64,000 nt of DNA, taken from the NCBI GenBank assembly GCA_047602425.1, contig JASGHG010000001.1, forward strand, positions 1,152,001-1,216,000, read 5' to 3'. The translations under genes were made by a program, and so were the position numbers. Shown here in pieces: positions 30,343 to 40,698 of the stretch. The DNA comes from Nibricoccus sp. (GTDB lineage Bacteria; Verrucomicrobiota; Verrucomicrobiia; Opitutales; Opitutaceae). The notes beneath the pieces are model-generated. The model was not told the DNA's origin, did no database searches, and was given only the letters and a program-made list of their open reading frames with translations. Every line of letters begins with the position of its first letter. The first letter of the stretch is position 1.

Positions 30343-33300
30343 TCAAAGATCGAAAGAGGCGGTGAGCACAAACTGCCGCGGATCGACAATGCGGTAAGTG
30401 GCGATTCGGCCATCGAAGAATGCGGCCGTTGGCTGCAAGCCGCCGCCTTTCTCCCCAACGTTCTTCACATTGAGCTGGAGCTTCGCCCGCACTTTGTCAT
30501 GGAACATCTTCGTGTTGTAGCTCACGAATAGGTCGATATAAGTTTCGGCCTTAGAGTAGATCGGCCGGTTGCCATCGAGCTGCAGGATCTTGTTCGCGGG
30601 AAGCGTGAGGTCCATGCCATCGGTATACCCGAGGCCATAATAACCGAGGAACCCCTTGCTGGTGTAACGCCACGAGCCGCCCACGGTTATGTTCCTGATG
30701 ATCTTGTTTTCGGTGAGGCCAGCGAGATTATACTTCGTGCTGAACTTACCCGAGTATTCGCGGATCTGGGGACGAGGGCGGCCAATCTGCGATCGGAATA
30801 CAGACATCGGGGCATCGACTTGACTCAAGAAATTCGTCTCGGCCGAGTTGTTGTTGTTGTAGCCTGCAAGCTGCTGAAACGGTGTACCCACGATTTTCCA
30901 CCAAAGGAGATGGCCACCAGGGCCGTTAGGAATCGGAGAACCTCCGATCGGAATTGTCATGGTGAATGGGCTGGTCGGCGTTCCGGGCAGTGTGTGACTG
31001 TAGATCGCGCTCCCCGTGGTGGTTGCGGTGGCTGGGATAAAGCTCACGAGGCTGAAGCGTGGGTCTTCGAGCGTAGTCCAGATCGGCATGCGTGCGGCGA
31101 TATAATCGTCCACGGCAGAGCCAACTGCCGTATTGATCGACTGGGTCTTGGTGACCGAAGCGCTCACTGTCCAATTCTTGGTAGGGTTATAGAAAACTTC
31201 CAACTCTTGGCCCGTGGAACGCATGTCATTCACTGCGGCATACGTCTGGGCAGCGGCAATGGTTTGCAGGCCATTATATTGCTCGACGGGCATATTAATG
31301 GTCGCCGCAATTTGCGCATTAGCATCGGTGAGGCTTCCGCCGGAGCCGACATTGTTCAACCAATTAGTGACTTGTTTTCTCAGGTTCCAAGCATCGTCCG
31401 CGACAAATCCCTCGTTGCGCAGCAGGCGCTGGGCCATCGTGCCGATATCGCCGTCGCGAAGGTTGAACTGCTTGGTATCGAACTTGGTGTAGTGGATAGT
31501 GAGCGCTCCATCCAGCACAGTCACCCAGAAACCAACATCCTTAGTTATGCCGGATTGGTTTGGCAGCCGGTGAAGGAATAGATCGTAGGCAGGCCCCTGG
31601 GCGATGAAATTATCCGATTTGTTGTACGTAGGACTGAAGCTGGTGGCTGCTTCGGCCAAAAACTTGCGGGCTCCGCTTCCGCGTTCCGCCGTGCGCTTGA
31701 GAAAGCCGATATCTCTAAAAGGACGGGCCACGATCGATAGGGATTTTGTCTTCCCCTCGGCCTCACGCCAATCATGTGTCCAATTGTTGGACTTGGCTTT
31801 GTTGTAGTCCCGGAGGTCTGGGGTCAGCATGGCGAGCGCTGAATTGCGGTCAGACACATTGTCTCTCCGAAGGCCATAGGTGGCCACCAGTTTGCCCTCC
31901 AGAAACGAGCTCTGGATCACGCCACCCGTGGTCTTTACGCGTGTGTTTACGTTGCTAAGACCGCCGCCACTGCCGGGAGCCGGCGCAAAACCGATGGGAG
32001 AGACGTCGTAAAACATCTGGGTGGACGACGGTCCCCAGACGTAGGGAAGAACGGTTCCTTCCGGGAAATAGTTCGGTGCGTATTCAATACCGCCACCGGG
32101 CGTGCTGCCGACATAATATTGTTCGTTAAGCCGGCTGTTATTGTTGGGAGCGAACCCATATTGTGGCGCGACATTCGATTGCGAGTTAACAGTCAGGAGA
32201 TTGTTGGCATTATAATATTTCTGCTCCCATGCCTTGTCAGTGCCCAGCGCGACATGCCGATAGGTGTACTGCCAGTTCTGCTGATCCTTGTATTCGTAGT
32301 AACCGACGACCTGATGGGTGCCGAGCCATTTGCTCCAACCCTCGTCTTTGGAAAAATCGATGCGATATGCGAATTGGACGCGACCGGTATCCCAAATTTT
32401 CGGGAGATCTCTCAAGTAGGGTTCACTACTCCTTAGGTACGGTCGCCCGTAATAGGGATTAGGCGTGCCATCCAGGAAAACCCGGTTCACATCGACCTGA
32501 AGCTGGCCGACGTTGCTGTTCACGCTCGCGGGCCCCATGGGCTGGTTTTCCAACCGCTTCGAATCTTCGCGCAGGAATGTGCCTTGGAAAGCCAATGTCT
32601 GCGTGGGTGTGTTGAGGATAATCTGGTCGAGCTGGACCATGTAGATGTCGACGTCGTCCCAAGCCTTGCTGTTGCCCGCCAGATTGATCTTGGTCCAATC
32701 GTAGATCGATTTGTCGGAAATCGGCCGAGCGATAGAGTTATAGAGCGGCTGTTGCGTGGATGTATAGGTGTCCGACGAGTTTAGCGCCAGGATGCCAATA
32801 CCTGTGACCCCCGCCGCATACGGGTCTGTGACAGAATAATTATTTCCTGGAGGTGTCGTGGGATTCGATGTGTATCCCGCATTAAGCCAGTAGGAGGTCT
32901 CGCCCGGGGCGCCGATTAGGAAGGGCGAACGCCCCTCTCTTCCCCAGCTAGGCAAGAACAACAACGTGTTGGTTGTAGGGGTACCTCCATACGGCGTTGT
33001 CGAGCCGAGTACGTTGCCGTTTCCATAAACCCGACCATCGTCGAAGGTGATAAGACGCGTAACGGGATTCCAACCCGGCTTTCCCGCTTTGAGCCAATCT
33101 GTATAGTGGTCACGCGGGGTCGTGTAATTGGGACGCACGGCGTTATGTTTGTAGCCAAAATAAGAAGCGGCCAGAGTGGTATTCTTAAAGGGTTGAGCCT
33201 TCACCTGAAAGCTGATGCGGCGCGCATTCTCTTCGGCGGGCTTGCGAACAAAGCCGATGTGTTCGTTTTTGTAGCTGGCACGTACGGACAACTTGTTCCT

Positions 33301-34041
33301 TACAAGCATGCGATTCACGTCGATCGAACCACTCCACCCCTCATAACTATCGGCCCGCATTTCAATTTTCGTGAAATTGCGGTTGAGGTTGGCGGTGGCA
33401 GGGACCTGATTCACGGTGCCCGAGGCATTGCCCAGACCGAAAATATTGGCGTTGGGTCCACGGCTTAATTCGAGTGCCTCCATCCAAAGGGGGTCGACGG
33501 GGACGCGGCCGGTCATGGCGATGTTGTTGAAGGCGATGTTCGCACTGCCGATACCACGGACGCGGTTGGCAGTGTTGGGATTGAGGCTGACGTTGTCGAC
33601 CACTGCACCCGTGCGGTCCGTGGTGAATTGGGAGTAAGTGTTGGTTCCTTCGGTGCTCGCCATGTAGTCGAAGACGTCGTTGATATCGCGCATCGCGAAG
33701 TCGTTCATCTGCTCCTTGGTCATCACGGTGATCGACTGCCCCAGATCCTCGATCTTCGAGTTCATGCGGGTGCCCGACATGGAATTGGCCGAGTAATAAC
33801 CTTTGTTACTCGTGATCACTTCGAAAGGGGAGAGAACAAGAACTTCCCCCTCAGGCGGAGGCTCTGATGCTGCAGGGACGGTTTCCACGGGAATTTTTTT
33901 CTCCGCAACTTCACTTTTCGGACGGATGGGTTCGGTGGCGGGCGTAACAGGCGCAACTTGCGCCCAAGCAGACGTGGCGAGCACGAATGCCGCCGGCGCC
34001 AGGGATAGGCGCCGGAATAGGTGTTTCTTGGTTAGGGTCAT
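30343..34041 (-). CDS. TonB-dependent outer-membrane receptor (Opitutaceae type)
   Basis: Signal peptide; VLVLSPFEV TonB-box-like segment; plug motif ELSRGPNANIFGLG; C-terminal beta-strand RQFVLTASFDL. Confidence 0.88.
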   Translation of the reverse strand: MTLTKKHLFRRLSLAPAAFVLATSAWAQVAPVTPATEPIRPKSEVAEKKIPVETVPAASEPPPEGEVLVLSPFEVITSNKGYYSANSMSGTRMNSKIEDLGQSITVMTKEQMNDFAMRDINDVFDYMASTEGTNTYSQFTTDRTGAVVDNVSLNPNTANRVRGIGSANIAFNNIAMTGRVPVDPLWMEALELSRGPNANIFGLGNASGTVNQVPATANLNRNFTKIEMRADSYEGWSGSIDVNRMLVRNKLSVRASYKNEHIGFVRKPAEENARRISFQVKAQPFKNTTLAASYFGYKHNAVRPNYTTPRDHYTDWLKAGKPGWNPVTRLITFDDGRVYGNGNVLGSTTPYGGTPTTNTLLFLPSWGREGRSPFLIGAPGETSYWLNAGYTSNPTTPPGNNYSVTDPYAAGVTGIGILALNSSDTYTSTQQPLYNSIARPISDKSIYDWTKINLAGNSKAWDDVDIYMVQLDQIILNTPTQTLAFQGTFLREDSKRLENQPMGPASVNSNVGQLQVDVNRVFLDGTPNPYYGRPYLRSSEPYLRDLPKIWDTGRVQFAYRIDFSKDEGWSKWLGTHQVVGYYEYKDQQNWQYTYRHVALGTDKAWEQKYYNANNLLTVNSQSNVAPQYGFAPNNNSRLNEQYYVGSTPGGGIEYAPNYFPEGTVLPYVWGPSSTQMFYDVSPIGFAPAPGSGGGLSNVNTRVKTTGGVIQSSFLEGKLVATYGLRRDNVSDRNSALAMLTPDLRDYNKAKSNNWTHDWREAEGKTKSLSIVARPFRDIGFLKRTAERGSGARKFLAEAATSFSPTYNKSDNFIAQGPAYDLFLHRLPNQSGITKDVGFWVTVLDGALTIHYTKFDTKQFNLRDGDIGTMAQRLLRNEGFVADDAWNLRKQVTNWLNNVGSGGSLTDANAQIAATINMPVEQYNGLQTIAAAQTYAAVNDMRSTGQELEVFYNPTKNWTVSASVTKTQSINTAVGSAVDDYIAARMPIWTTLEDPRFSLVSFIPATATTTGSAIYSHTLPGTPTSPFTMTIPIGGSPIPNGPGGHLLWWKIVGTPFQQLAGYNNNNSAETNFLSQVDAPMSVFRSQIGRPRPQIREYSGKFSTKYNLAGLTENKIIRNITVGGSWRYTSKGFLGYYGLGYTDGMDLTLPANKILQLDGNRPIYSKAETYIDLFVSYNTKMFHDKVRAKLQLNVKNVGEKGGGLQPTAAFFDGRIATYRIVDPRQFVLTASFDL

Positions 34042-34425
34042 AGGGGGATGGGTCAAACGGTTGTTCAGTACAGGGTGAACGGATTTATTAATCTCAGGCG
34101 GAATCGCTAAATTCATCTGATGGCGTGTAACGCGCCTCAATCGGTGTCTGGTATTTTTGTTACGAAAAAACGATATATAACTAATCGATAATATTTATAT
34201 ATATTCGCTTATCGCATATTTCATTCATGGGGAAATCGACCGTGCGTACGCGCGATGTAGAGTTAGGGCTGGGGCCAAGCTGGAATCACTGGTGCGAGCG
34301 CCAATCAAATCTGCACGCAGACTCTCGCAATCAGACGCGTGCGCACGCTGTTGACCAAAGCAGCTCTTTCTTCGGTTTCATATAGCTGGGAACGAGTGGA
34401 ACGGAATACATCGGGGACGATTCTA

Positions 34426-35505
34426 CTAACGAGCTATAGAAAATCCGCGTGCCTGATCGCTCGTCATACCTTGCGCACGCACCGTTTCGCCTTTTCGCCA
34501 TTCACCCTCCAGCATCACTTCGTGAGCGTTGGCCGGAATTCCCTTTTCCCTCCGATGGATCAAACCCACCATCATCTCGGCTGCGACTGATCCCAACCTG
34601 CCCGGTGCACAGGATATTCCTGCCATTTTTATGTTGGTTGGACCAGGTTCGTCAGTCAGTGAAGCAACTCCCACGTGCTCGGGCACGGTGTACCCCATTT
34701 TGTTCAGCCATTCCACGACCACAGACCCATGCGTCGCCAAAATGGCATCGGGTTCGTGTTCCAAAAACCAACTTCTAAACTCGGCAAAATGGTCCCGCCC
34801 GGAGGCGTACGAAAGCGGTGGGATATTGGCGGGACGCGGCAAAAAAAGTTGATGATAGAGATAAGCGCCCAACCATCTATCACCCACCAATGGACTGTCG
34901 TTCTCCTCGGAAAAAACAAAACCGATGCGCCTGTAGCCCAGCGCCCTCATTTCCTGCAAAGCCTTCGATGCTCCTTCATAAAAATCCTCCGTCACCCGAT
35001 GAATCGCCGGCTCGCGCAGCGTCATACCCACGGTAACCACAGGGAAATGCTCCCAGAAAAGAGGCAGCGAAGATTGTCCGGGAGGCAGACGTCCGATGAC
35101 TATTCCACGCACTCCTCGGGTCCAAAGAATTTTCCAAAAACTGCGGGCCGTCATACCAGGCTCTCCGAGCCAGAAATGCTCAAGGTGATAACCCAGTTCC
35201 GCCAGACGTTCCGACGTGCCCGGAAAGTAGTCCGGCCTGTTGTGGTAAGGAGGTTTCCACCCATATCTTGTCGGATAGTTCGTTACGTAAGCAATGACGG
35301 CGTGCTGCGAACCTCCCCTCATGCGTTTGGCTTCTGTCAGCGCGGTCACCAAAGGATCGGTGTGATATCCCATTTCAGCCGCCAGCTTTCGCACACGCTC
35401 GCGTGTTCTTAACGAAATTCGCGGATGATTACGCAATGCGAGCGAAACCGTAGATCGGTTCACCTTCGCGCGATGAGCTATTCTTTCCAGCGTAATTTTT
35501 GGCAT
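34426..35505 (-). CDS. LacI-family transcriptional regulator
   Basis: MPKITLERIAHRAKVNRSTVSLAL HTH; clear paralog of 26475-27578. Confidence 0.9.
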   Translation of the reverse strand: MPKITLERIAHRAKVNRSTVSLALRNHPRISLRTRERVRKLAAEMGYHTDPLVTALTEAKRMRGGSQHAVIAYVTNYPTRYGWKPPYHNRPDYFPGTSERLAELGYHLEHFWLGEPGMTARSFWKILWTRGVRGIVIGRLPPGQSSLPLFWEHFPVVTVGMTLREPAIHRVTEDFYEGASKALQEMRALGYRRIGFVFSEENDSPLVGDRWLGAYLYHQLFLPRPANIPPLSYASGRDHFAEFRSWFLEHEPDAILATHGSVVVEWLNKMGYTVPEHVGVASLTDEPGPTNIKMAGISCAPGRLGSVAAEMMVGLIHRREKGIPANAHEVMLEGEWRKGETVRAQGMTSDQARGFSIAR

Positions 35506-35688
35506 GAGCAAAACGTCGCTCCGGCCGCTCAATCGCCTGGTGCAACAGCGGCAGGCGCGGGCGGCAGTGAAACCGAAGAAAGTTCGTGGGGGCGTTGCCC
35601 AAGAATGCCACCAAGTCACGAGGCTGTCATGTCACGAATTCTCGTAATAACTGGTCAGCCATGCCTCGTTCTCCCACAGTCATGGCGA

Positions 35689-38652
35689 ATGTTAAAAATC
35701 GCGCGCACCTCTTTCGCTTTCTTCGCATTTCACGTGTGCGCCATTCTGACCTCAAATGGAGCATTAACCACTAAACATGATTATGCGCTAAAATCGTGGC
35801 ACAAGGAGGACGGTTTACCCAGCGAAGTGGGATATGACGTTATACAAACGCGCGATGGCTATATTTGGTTAACAACCTTGGCAGGATTGGTCCGGTTCGA
35901 TGGTCGTGTGTTCAAGGTATTCACACCGCCCGATACAATCGCAACGACACCGCAAGCGCTGCTTTTGGTGGCGGAACGCGACAAGGACTTGTGGGTCGTT
36001 CCCCGCATAGGAAGTCCCATGAGCTTCCGCAATGGCAAATTCACGGTCGAGCCCATGCCGGCGGACTTTGCCAACGCCAAAACTCTCTCGGCTTTTCTCG
36101 CTCCGGACGGTGCCGAGTGGTTCGTTTTTTCGAATCAAGCAGTGGTGCGGCGCAAAGGAACCACGATCGAGTCGTATAACGAAAAAGACGGACTTAAACC
36201 CGATGGCCGCGTGCGGTTTGCGGTTGATGGGAACGCGAGGGTTTGGATTTCGAGCGATCGACTTCTGAGCCGTTACGAAAATGGCGCTCTCGTCCCCATC
36301 GAAGTCGGCGCCGGGGAAACGGAGCTCCGGGTGGCGTCCAGTCGCACCGCTGGCCCGTGGGTCATAACCAACGACAAGCTCCTAAAACTAAACGCAGGCA
36401 ATGTTTGGGAAACGATTGCCCAGTTGCCACCCCTGCTGGGAGCCCACTACGTTGTCAGCGCAAGCGAAGATTCATCCGGCGCGCTTTGGATCGGCACCCG
36501 GTCGCAGGGATTGTACCGGGTTACGTCAAACAGTGTGGAACATGTACCGACTTCCAACGATAGCGTGACGGCTTTGCATGAGGATTCTGATGGCACGATT
36601 TGGGCAACGACCAACTCCGGTGGCCTCAACGCGATTGTTCCTAAAATCTGTGTTCTCTATAATAAAGCGGATGGACTAATCGAAAATGCCAACGCGGCAG
36701 TTTGTTTGGACTCCAGCGGCGGAATTTGGAGCGCAAACGGTGACGGCGGCGTGGTCAAATTCAACGATCTAGGCGTTACTGTCGCGGCAAAACAACTGCC
36801 GTGGCCCCGCGTAGCAGTGAGCTCGGTGGCGGCGAATCCGCGGGGAGGAATTTGGTTCTGCGCTTCCAACAATATATTTAAGCTGGCCGCAGAGCTTTCT
36901 TCGCCACCTCAACAGGTATTATCCATCGAGCCAAATAAAAGCCGATGCTTGTTCACCGACAAAACCGGTAGCCTGTGGTTGTCGGTCGAGCCGACAAGTG
37001 TCGGCCGGTGGTCACCGGGCGGCGAATATATTGTTTACAACGAAAAACAAGGGTTCATCGGTGGAGAAGCGCGATGCTTTGCCGAGGACGCGCAAGATCG
37101 CCTCTGGATCGGCACCTCCCAAGGCAAATTGCTCAGTTGGAATGGGACCAAATTTATCGCCACTCCCCTTCCTGGTGTTGGAGCAACCGGGGACATCAAT
37201 GCGATCCTAGCGAGCCGCGGCGATGGACCGCTTTGGCTTGGCACAGCTCAGGCCGGCATTATATATCTCGATAAAGGAGTCGCCCGCGTATTGGATGTCC
37301 GCTGCGGTTTGCTCGATAACGATATAACGCAAATATTGGAAGACGATCATGGTTTTATATGGTGCGGTTCAGGCAGCGGTATATTTCGGCTTAGCCGGGA
37401 AGAAGTTCAAAAATATGTAGCCGGCCAAAGTTCTTCACTTAAACCCCTCATCCTTGGCCCGGACGAAGGTCTGCCCGCCCTGTCTTGCTCAGGCTATTTT
37501 CCCGGCGCAGTGAAATCGAATACCGGCGATATCTGGTTTGCCACGCGGCAGGGCGTTGTAGCCATTAATCCGGCGGCTCCGCTGCTCCGCTCCGGACCCC
37601 GCGAGGTGCGTATCGAGGAGCTCTTCTGTAACGAACAAGTCGTTCAAATGACATCGGCCAACCGAATCGCACCTGATTGTCGCAAGCTTCAGGTTCGTTT
37701 TTCCGTCCTTTGCCTTTCGGCGCCACGCCGTGTCCGCACAGAGTATCGGCTGGATGGATTCGATTTCGACTGGATCGATGCCGGCAGCAGTAACACGGTG
37801 ACATACCCAAAGCTTCGACCAGGCAAATATACGTTTCGTGTTCGAGCCGGAACGGGCGCGGACGCCGACAATTTTGCCACCGATACTCTAGAGCTCTGGG
37901 TATTGGCGCCATGGTGGCAAAAATCGTGGTTCGTCGCGACGGTGGTTGCCTTCATTCTGGTCAGCCTTCTTGCCGTCGTGCGTCTCTGGGCAAATCGGCG
38001 TTTGCGCCGCAAGCTCCGCGATCTCGAACGCGACCATGCCGTCGAGAGAGAGCGTGCTCGCATCGCACAAAATATGCACGACGACCTTGGCGCCAGTCTC
38101 ACGCACATCAGTCTGCTCACCCAAGCCGCAATATCGGAGTCCACGCCCGAGCGATTGACGCGTATATATGAAGCGACACGCGACATCACCAGTTCACTTG
38201 ATGAAATCGTGTGGGCTGTGAATCCGGAGAATGACACGTTGGACGCTTTTGCCGAATACCTCGCCAGCAATGCTCAACGGTTTATCGGCGCCGCAGGACT
38301 CCGCTGCTGCCTGATCTTCCCAGACCAGTTTCCCGCACAGTTGATTTCAAGCCACGTTCGTCACCATCTATTTCTCTGCTGTCGCGAAGCGCTCAACAAT
38401 GTCGTGAAGCATGCGCGAGCGAAAGCTGTCACGCTGGAGATCGAGCTTCTAGGAAGCCAGCTTCGGATTGCGGTGATTGACGATGGTCAAGGGTTCGTCA
38501 ATGGCACGGTGAGCGACAACCGTAGGTCCGGCGGCGGCAACGGACTGAGCAACATGCAACGGCGCTTGCGCGAACTGGGTGGCGAATGTGTCATAGCGCC
38601 GGCTCCTTCAGGTAACGGCACCTCCATCAGCTTTCATTTGAAAATTTCATGA
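35689..38652 (+). CDS. Beta-propeller sensor histidine kinase (HisKA_3 type)
   Basis: Propeller repeats, Y_Y_Y, ERARIAQNMHDDLGASL, GNGL; paralog of 23418-26363. Start uncertain. Confidence 0.9.
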   Translation: MLKIARTSFAFFAFHVCAILTSNGALTTKHDYALKSWHKEDGLPSEVGYDVIQTRDGYIWLTTLAGLVRFDGRVFKVFTPPDTIATTPQALLLVAERDKDLWVVPRIGSPMSFRNGKFTVEPMPADFANAKTLSAFLAPDGAEWFVFSNQAVVRRKGTTIESYNEKDGLKPDGRVRFAVDGNARVWISSDRLLSRYENGALVPIEVGAGETELRVASSRTAGPWVITNDKLLKLNAGNVWETIAQLPPLLGAHYVVSASEDSSGALWIGTRSQGLYRVTSNSVEHVPTSNDSVTALHEDSDGTIWATTNSGGLNAIVPKICVLYNKADGLIENANAAVCLDSSGGIWSANGDGGVVKFNDLGVTVAAKQLPWPRVAVSSVAANPRGGIWFCASNNIFKLAAELSSPPQQVLSIEPNKSRCLFTDKTGSLWLSVEPTSVGRWSPGGEYIVYNEKQGFIGGEARCFAEDAQDRLWIGTSQGKLLSWNGTKFIATPLPGVGATGDINAILASRGDGPLWLGTAQAGIIYLDKGVARVLDVRCGLLDNDITQILEDDHGFIWCGSGSGIFRLSREEVQKYVAGQSSSLKPLILGPDEGLPALSCSGYFPGAVKSNTGDIWFATRQGVVAINPAAPLLRSGPREVRIEELFCNEQVVQMTSANRIAPDCRKLQVRFSVLCLSAPRRVRTEYRLDGFDFDWIDAGSSNTVTYPKLRPGKYTFRVRAGTGADADNFATDTLELWVLAPWWQKSWFVATVVAFILVSLLAVVRLWANRRLRRKLRDLERDHAVERERARIAQNMHDDLGASLTHISLLTQAAISESTPERLTRIYEATRDITSSLDEIVWAVNPENDTLDAFAEYLASNAQRFIGAAGLRCCLIFPDQFPAQLISSHVRHHLFLCCREALNNVVKHARAKAVTLEIELLGSQLRIAVIDDGQGFVNGTVSDNRRSGGGNGLSNMQRRLRELGGECVIAPAPSGNGTSISFHLKIS

Positions 38653-39287
38653 CCAGCATTCCGCCCCTTCGCATTTCGATTGTCGACGACGACGATAAAA
38701 CTCGGCGCGCACTTATAGAGGTAATCAATACGATCCCAAAATTCCACGTCATAAGCAACTATGGAACCGCCAAGACCGCGCTGGAAAAACTACCGGAAGA
38801 AAAACCTGAGGTAGTCCTCATGGACATCAATATGCCCTGTATCAGTGGCGTCGATTGCGTGCGGATGCTTAAGCCGAAAATGCAAGCGACACAGTTCTTG
38901 ATGCTAACTGTATACGAGGACAACAACCATATCTTCGCCGCCCTCACCGCAGGAGCCACTGGATACCTATTAAAAAATACAAGCCGCGACGAACTCGTAC
39001 AGGCAATAGAACAGATCGCGAGCGGCGGATCTCCCATGAGCAGTGGCATTGCCCGTAAAGTTGTTCAGTCGTTCAATCGCTCGAATCCTTCGCCCAGCAC
39101 AACTGCTTTGTTTTCCCCACGCGAACAGGCGGTTTTGGCGATGCTGGCAAAAGGCTCAACCTATAAGGAAATTGCCTACGATTTGAACCTCAGCGTATCG
39201 ACCGTAGATTCTTATATCCGTCGGATATACGAAAAACTCCAAGTGCATTCTCGCTCGGCGGCTGTGGCGAAATATCTGGCGCCTTAA
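38649..39287 (+). CDS. NarL/LuxR-family response regulator
   Basis: IVDDD, LMDINMP, SPREQAVLAMLAKGSTYKEIA. ATGA overlap with the kinase. Confidence 0.93.
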   Translation: MTSIPPLRISIVDDDDKTRRALIEVINTIPKFHVISNYGTAKTALEKLPEEKPEVVLMDINMPCISGVDCVRMLKPKMQATQFLMLTVYEDNNHIFAALTAGATGYLLKNTSRDELVQAIEQIASGGSPMSSGIARKVVQSFNRSNPSPSTTALFSPREQAVLAMLAKGSTYKEIAYDLNLSVSTVDSYIRRIYEKLQVHSRSAAVAKYLAP

Positions 39288-39340
39288 CGCCCTGCCCAAT
39301 CGGCTTAAACACGAAGTTTGCGCAACGGCGGGCGCAAAAT

Positions 39341-39356
39341 CGAATTTGCAAATTCG
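39341..39356. promoter_or_regulatory. Perfect 16-bp palindrome CGAATTTGCAAATTCG upstream of the pectin genes
   Basis: Self-complementary and intergenic, about 300 bp upstream of the PL1 start. Confidence 0.45.
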
Positions 39357-39659
39357 GGAAACAAAAACGTAGTCCCGTCTATTCGCAGATGATATTATTT
39401 ATCATCCGGCTTTCTTGGTTTGCACTACCCCTACCCCTGAAAAATCTGAACGTCGCCTGACGTTTATCAAGTTACCTTCATCCATAAACAGCTTCGGGTT
39501 CGTCAACCAGCGAGACCCCGTCTGAGCACCGTACGTGCCTCAGCGCCGGGGCCAACTGCATCTCAATATCTTCTCAAGCTCTCGCCCACGAGCGCACGAA
39601 AACCCGGCGGAACGCGCTTTTTCCGCCGCTGCATAGCAAAACCCCAAAAACTAAACCCC

Positions 39660-40562
39660 ATGTACACAAAAATACTTCGCAATCTCGCGGCCATGGCTTC
39701 GGCCGCTTTTCTCATTGTCAGTAGTCATGCAGCAGATGGCTACGGCCGTAATACGACAGGCGGCGCCGGAGGAGCTTCGGTTACCGTTACGACCGCTGCA
39801 CAACTTCGCACTTACGCCGAATCAACCACCACCTACAACATCACGGTCTCTGGCACCATCGATGTGACCAGCGCCAGCGTAAAAGTTAAGTCCAACAAAA
39901 CCATCAAAGGAGCGAACACCTCCGCCACCATCAAAGGCTGCCTCGACCTTGGCAGCGGCGGCGTGAACAACGTGATCATTCAAAATCTTAACATCACCAA
40001 CCCCGGCGGCGATGGCGTCACCTGCTGGGGCGCAACCAACGTTTACTGCACAAAAGTTAATTTTTACGACTGCGGCGACGGCTGTTTCGACATTACGCAA
40101 GGCGCAAGCAAAGTCACGGTCTCGTGGTGCAAATTCTCCTACCCATCGCAAGCCGACCATCGTTTCTCGATGATCCTCGGCAATGTCGACGTCAGCCAGA
40201 ATTACGAAACCACGCTCCATCACAACTGGTTCGCCAGCCGCTGCGACCAGCGCATGCCCTCCGGCAGCTATAGCATGGCTCACATCTACAACAATTACTT
40301 CAATTGTTCCGGCAACAGCTATTGCACCAACACCCGTGTCGGTGGCAACTGGATCGTCGAAAATAATTATTACCAAAGTGTGAAGGATCCGCTCTACGAA
40401 GAAGGCGGCGGCAAGATCAAATCTTCCGGCAATACCTTCGCCAGTTGCACGGGCAAAATCAACGTCGCCACCGGCAGCGGCTTTACCCTGCCCTACGGTT
40501 ACACCCTCGATGCCACGGCCAACGTACCCAGTCGCGTCCAAGGCGGCGCTGGAAATAAGTGA
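39660..40562 (+). CDS. Secreted polysaccharide lyase family 1 (pectate/pectin lyase)
   Basis: Signal peptide, GYGRNTTGGAGG, VKSNKTIKG, NVIIQNL, DGCFDI, TLHHNWF, QRMP, HIYNNYF. Confidence 0.88.
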   Translation: MYTKILRNLAAMASAAFLIVSSHAADGYGRNTTGGAGGASVTVTTAAQLRTYAESTTTYNITVSGTIDVTSASVKVKSNKTIKGANTSATIKGCLDLGSGGVNNVIIQNLNITNPGGDGVTCWGATNVYCTKVNFYDCGDGCFDITQGASKVTVSWCKFSYPSQADHRFSMILGNVDVSQNYETTLHHNWFASRCDQRMPSGSYSMAHIYNNYFNCSGNSYCTNTRVGGNWIVENNYYQSVKDPLYEEGGGKIKSSGNTFASCTGKINVATGSGFTLPYGYTLDATANVPSRVQGGAGNK

Positions 40563-40586
40563 TCGAACACAACAACACAATATCCA

Positions 40587-40614
40587 CCAAAGCAGCGTTC
40601 AGACGCTGCTTTGG
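40587..40614 (+). terminator. Perfect 12-bp hairpin between lyase and esterase genes (terminator or mRNA stabiliser)
   Basis: CCAAAGCAGCGT-TCAG-ACGCTGCTTTGG; no long U tract. Confidence 0.5.
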
Positions 40615-40698
40615 CCGTCGCAAAATTCGCCTCTATTTTTATATAATCAACACCGTGAACCACACGGCATTAAAATACAAAAATACAATACCCCTACA

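Noticed and set aside
34150..34230. Very AT-rich stretch with CGATAA/TTATCG
   Set aside because: Most simply the receptor promoter region; no specific operator or origin can be supported.
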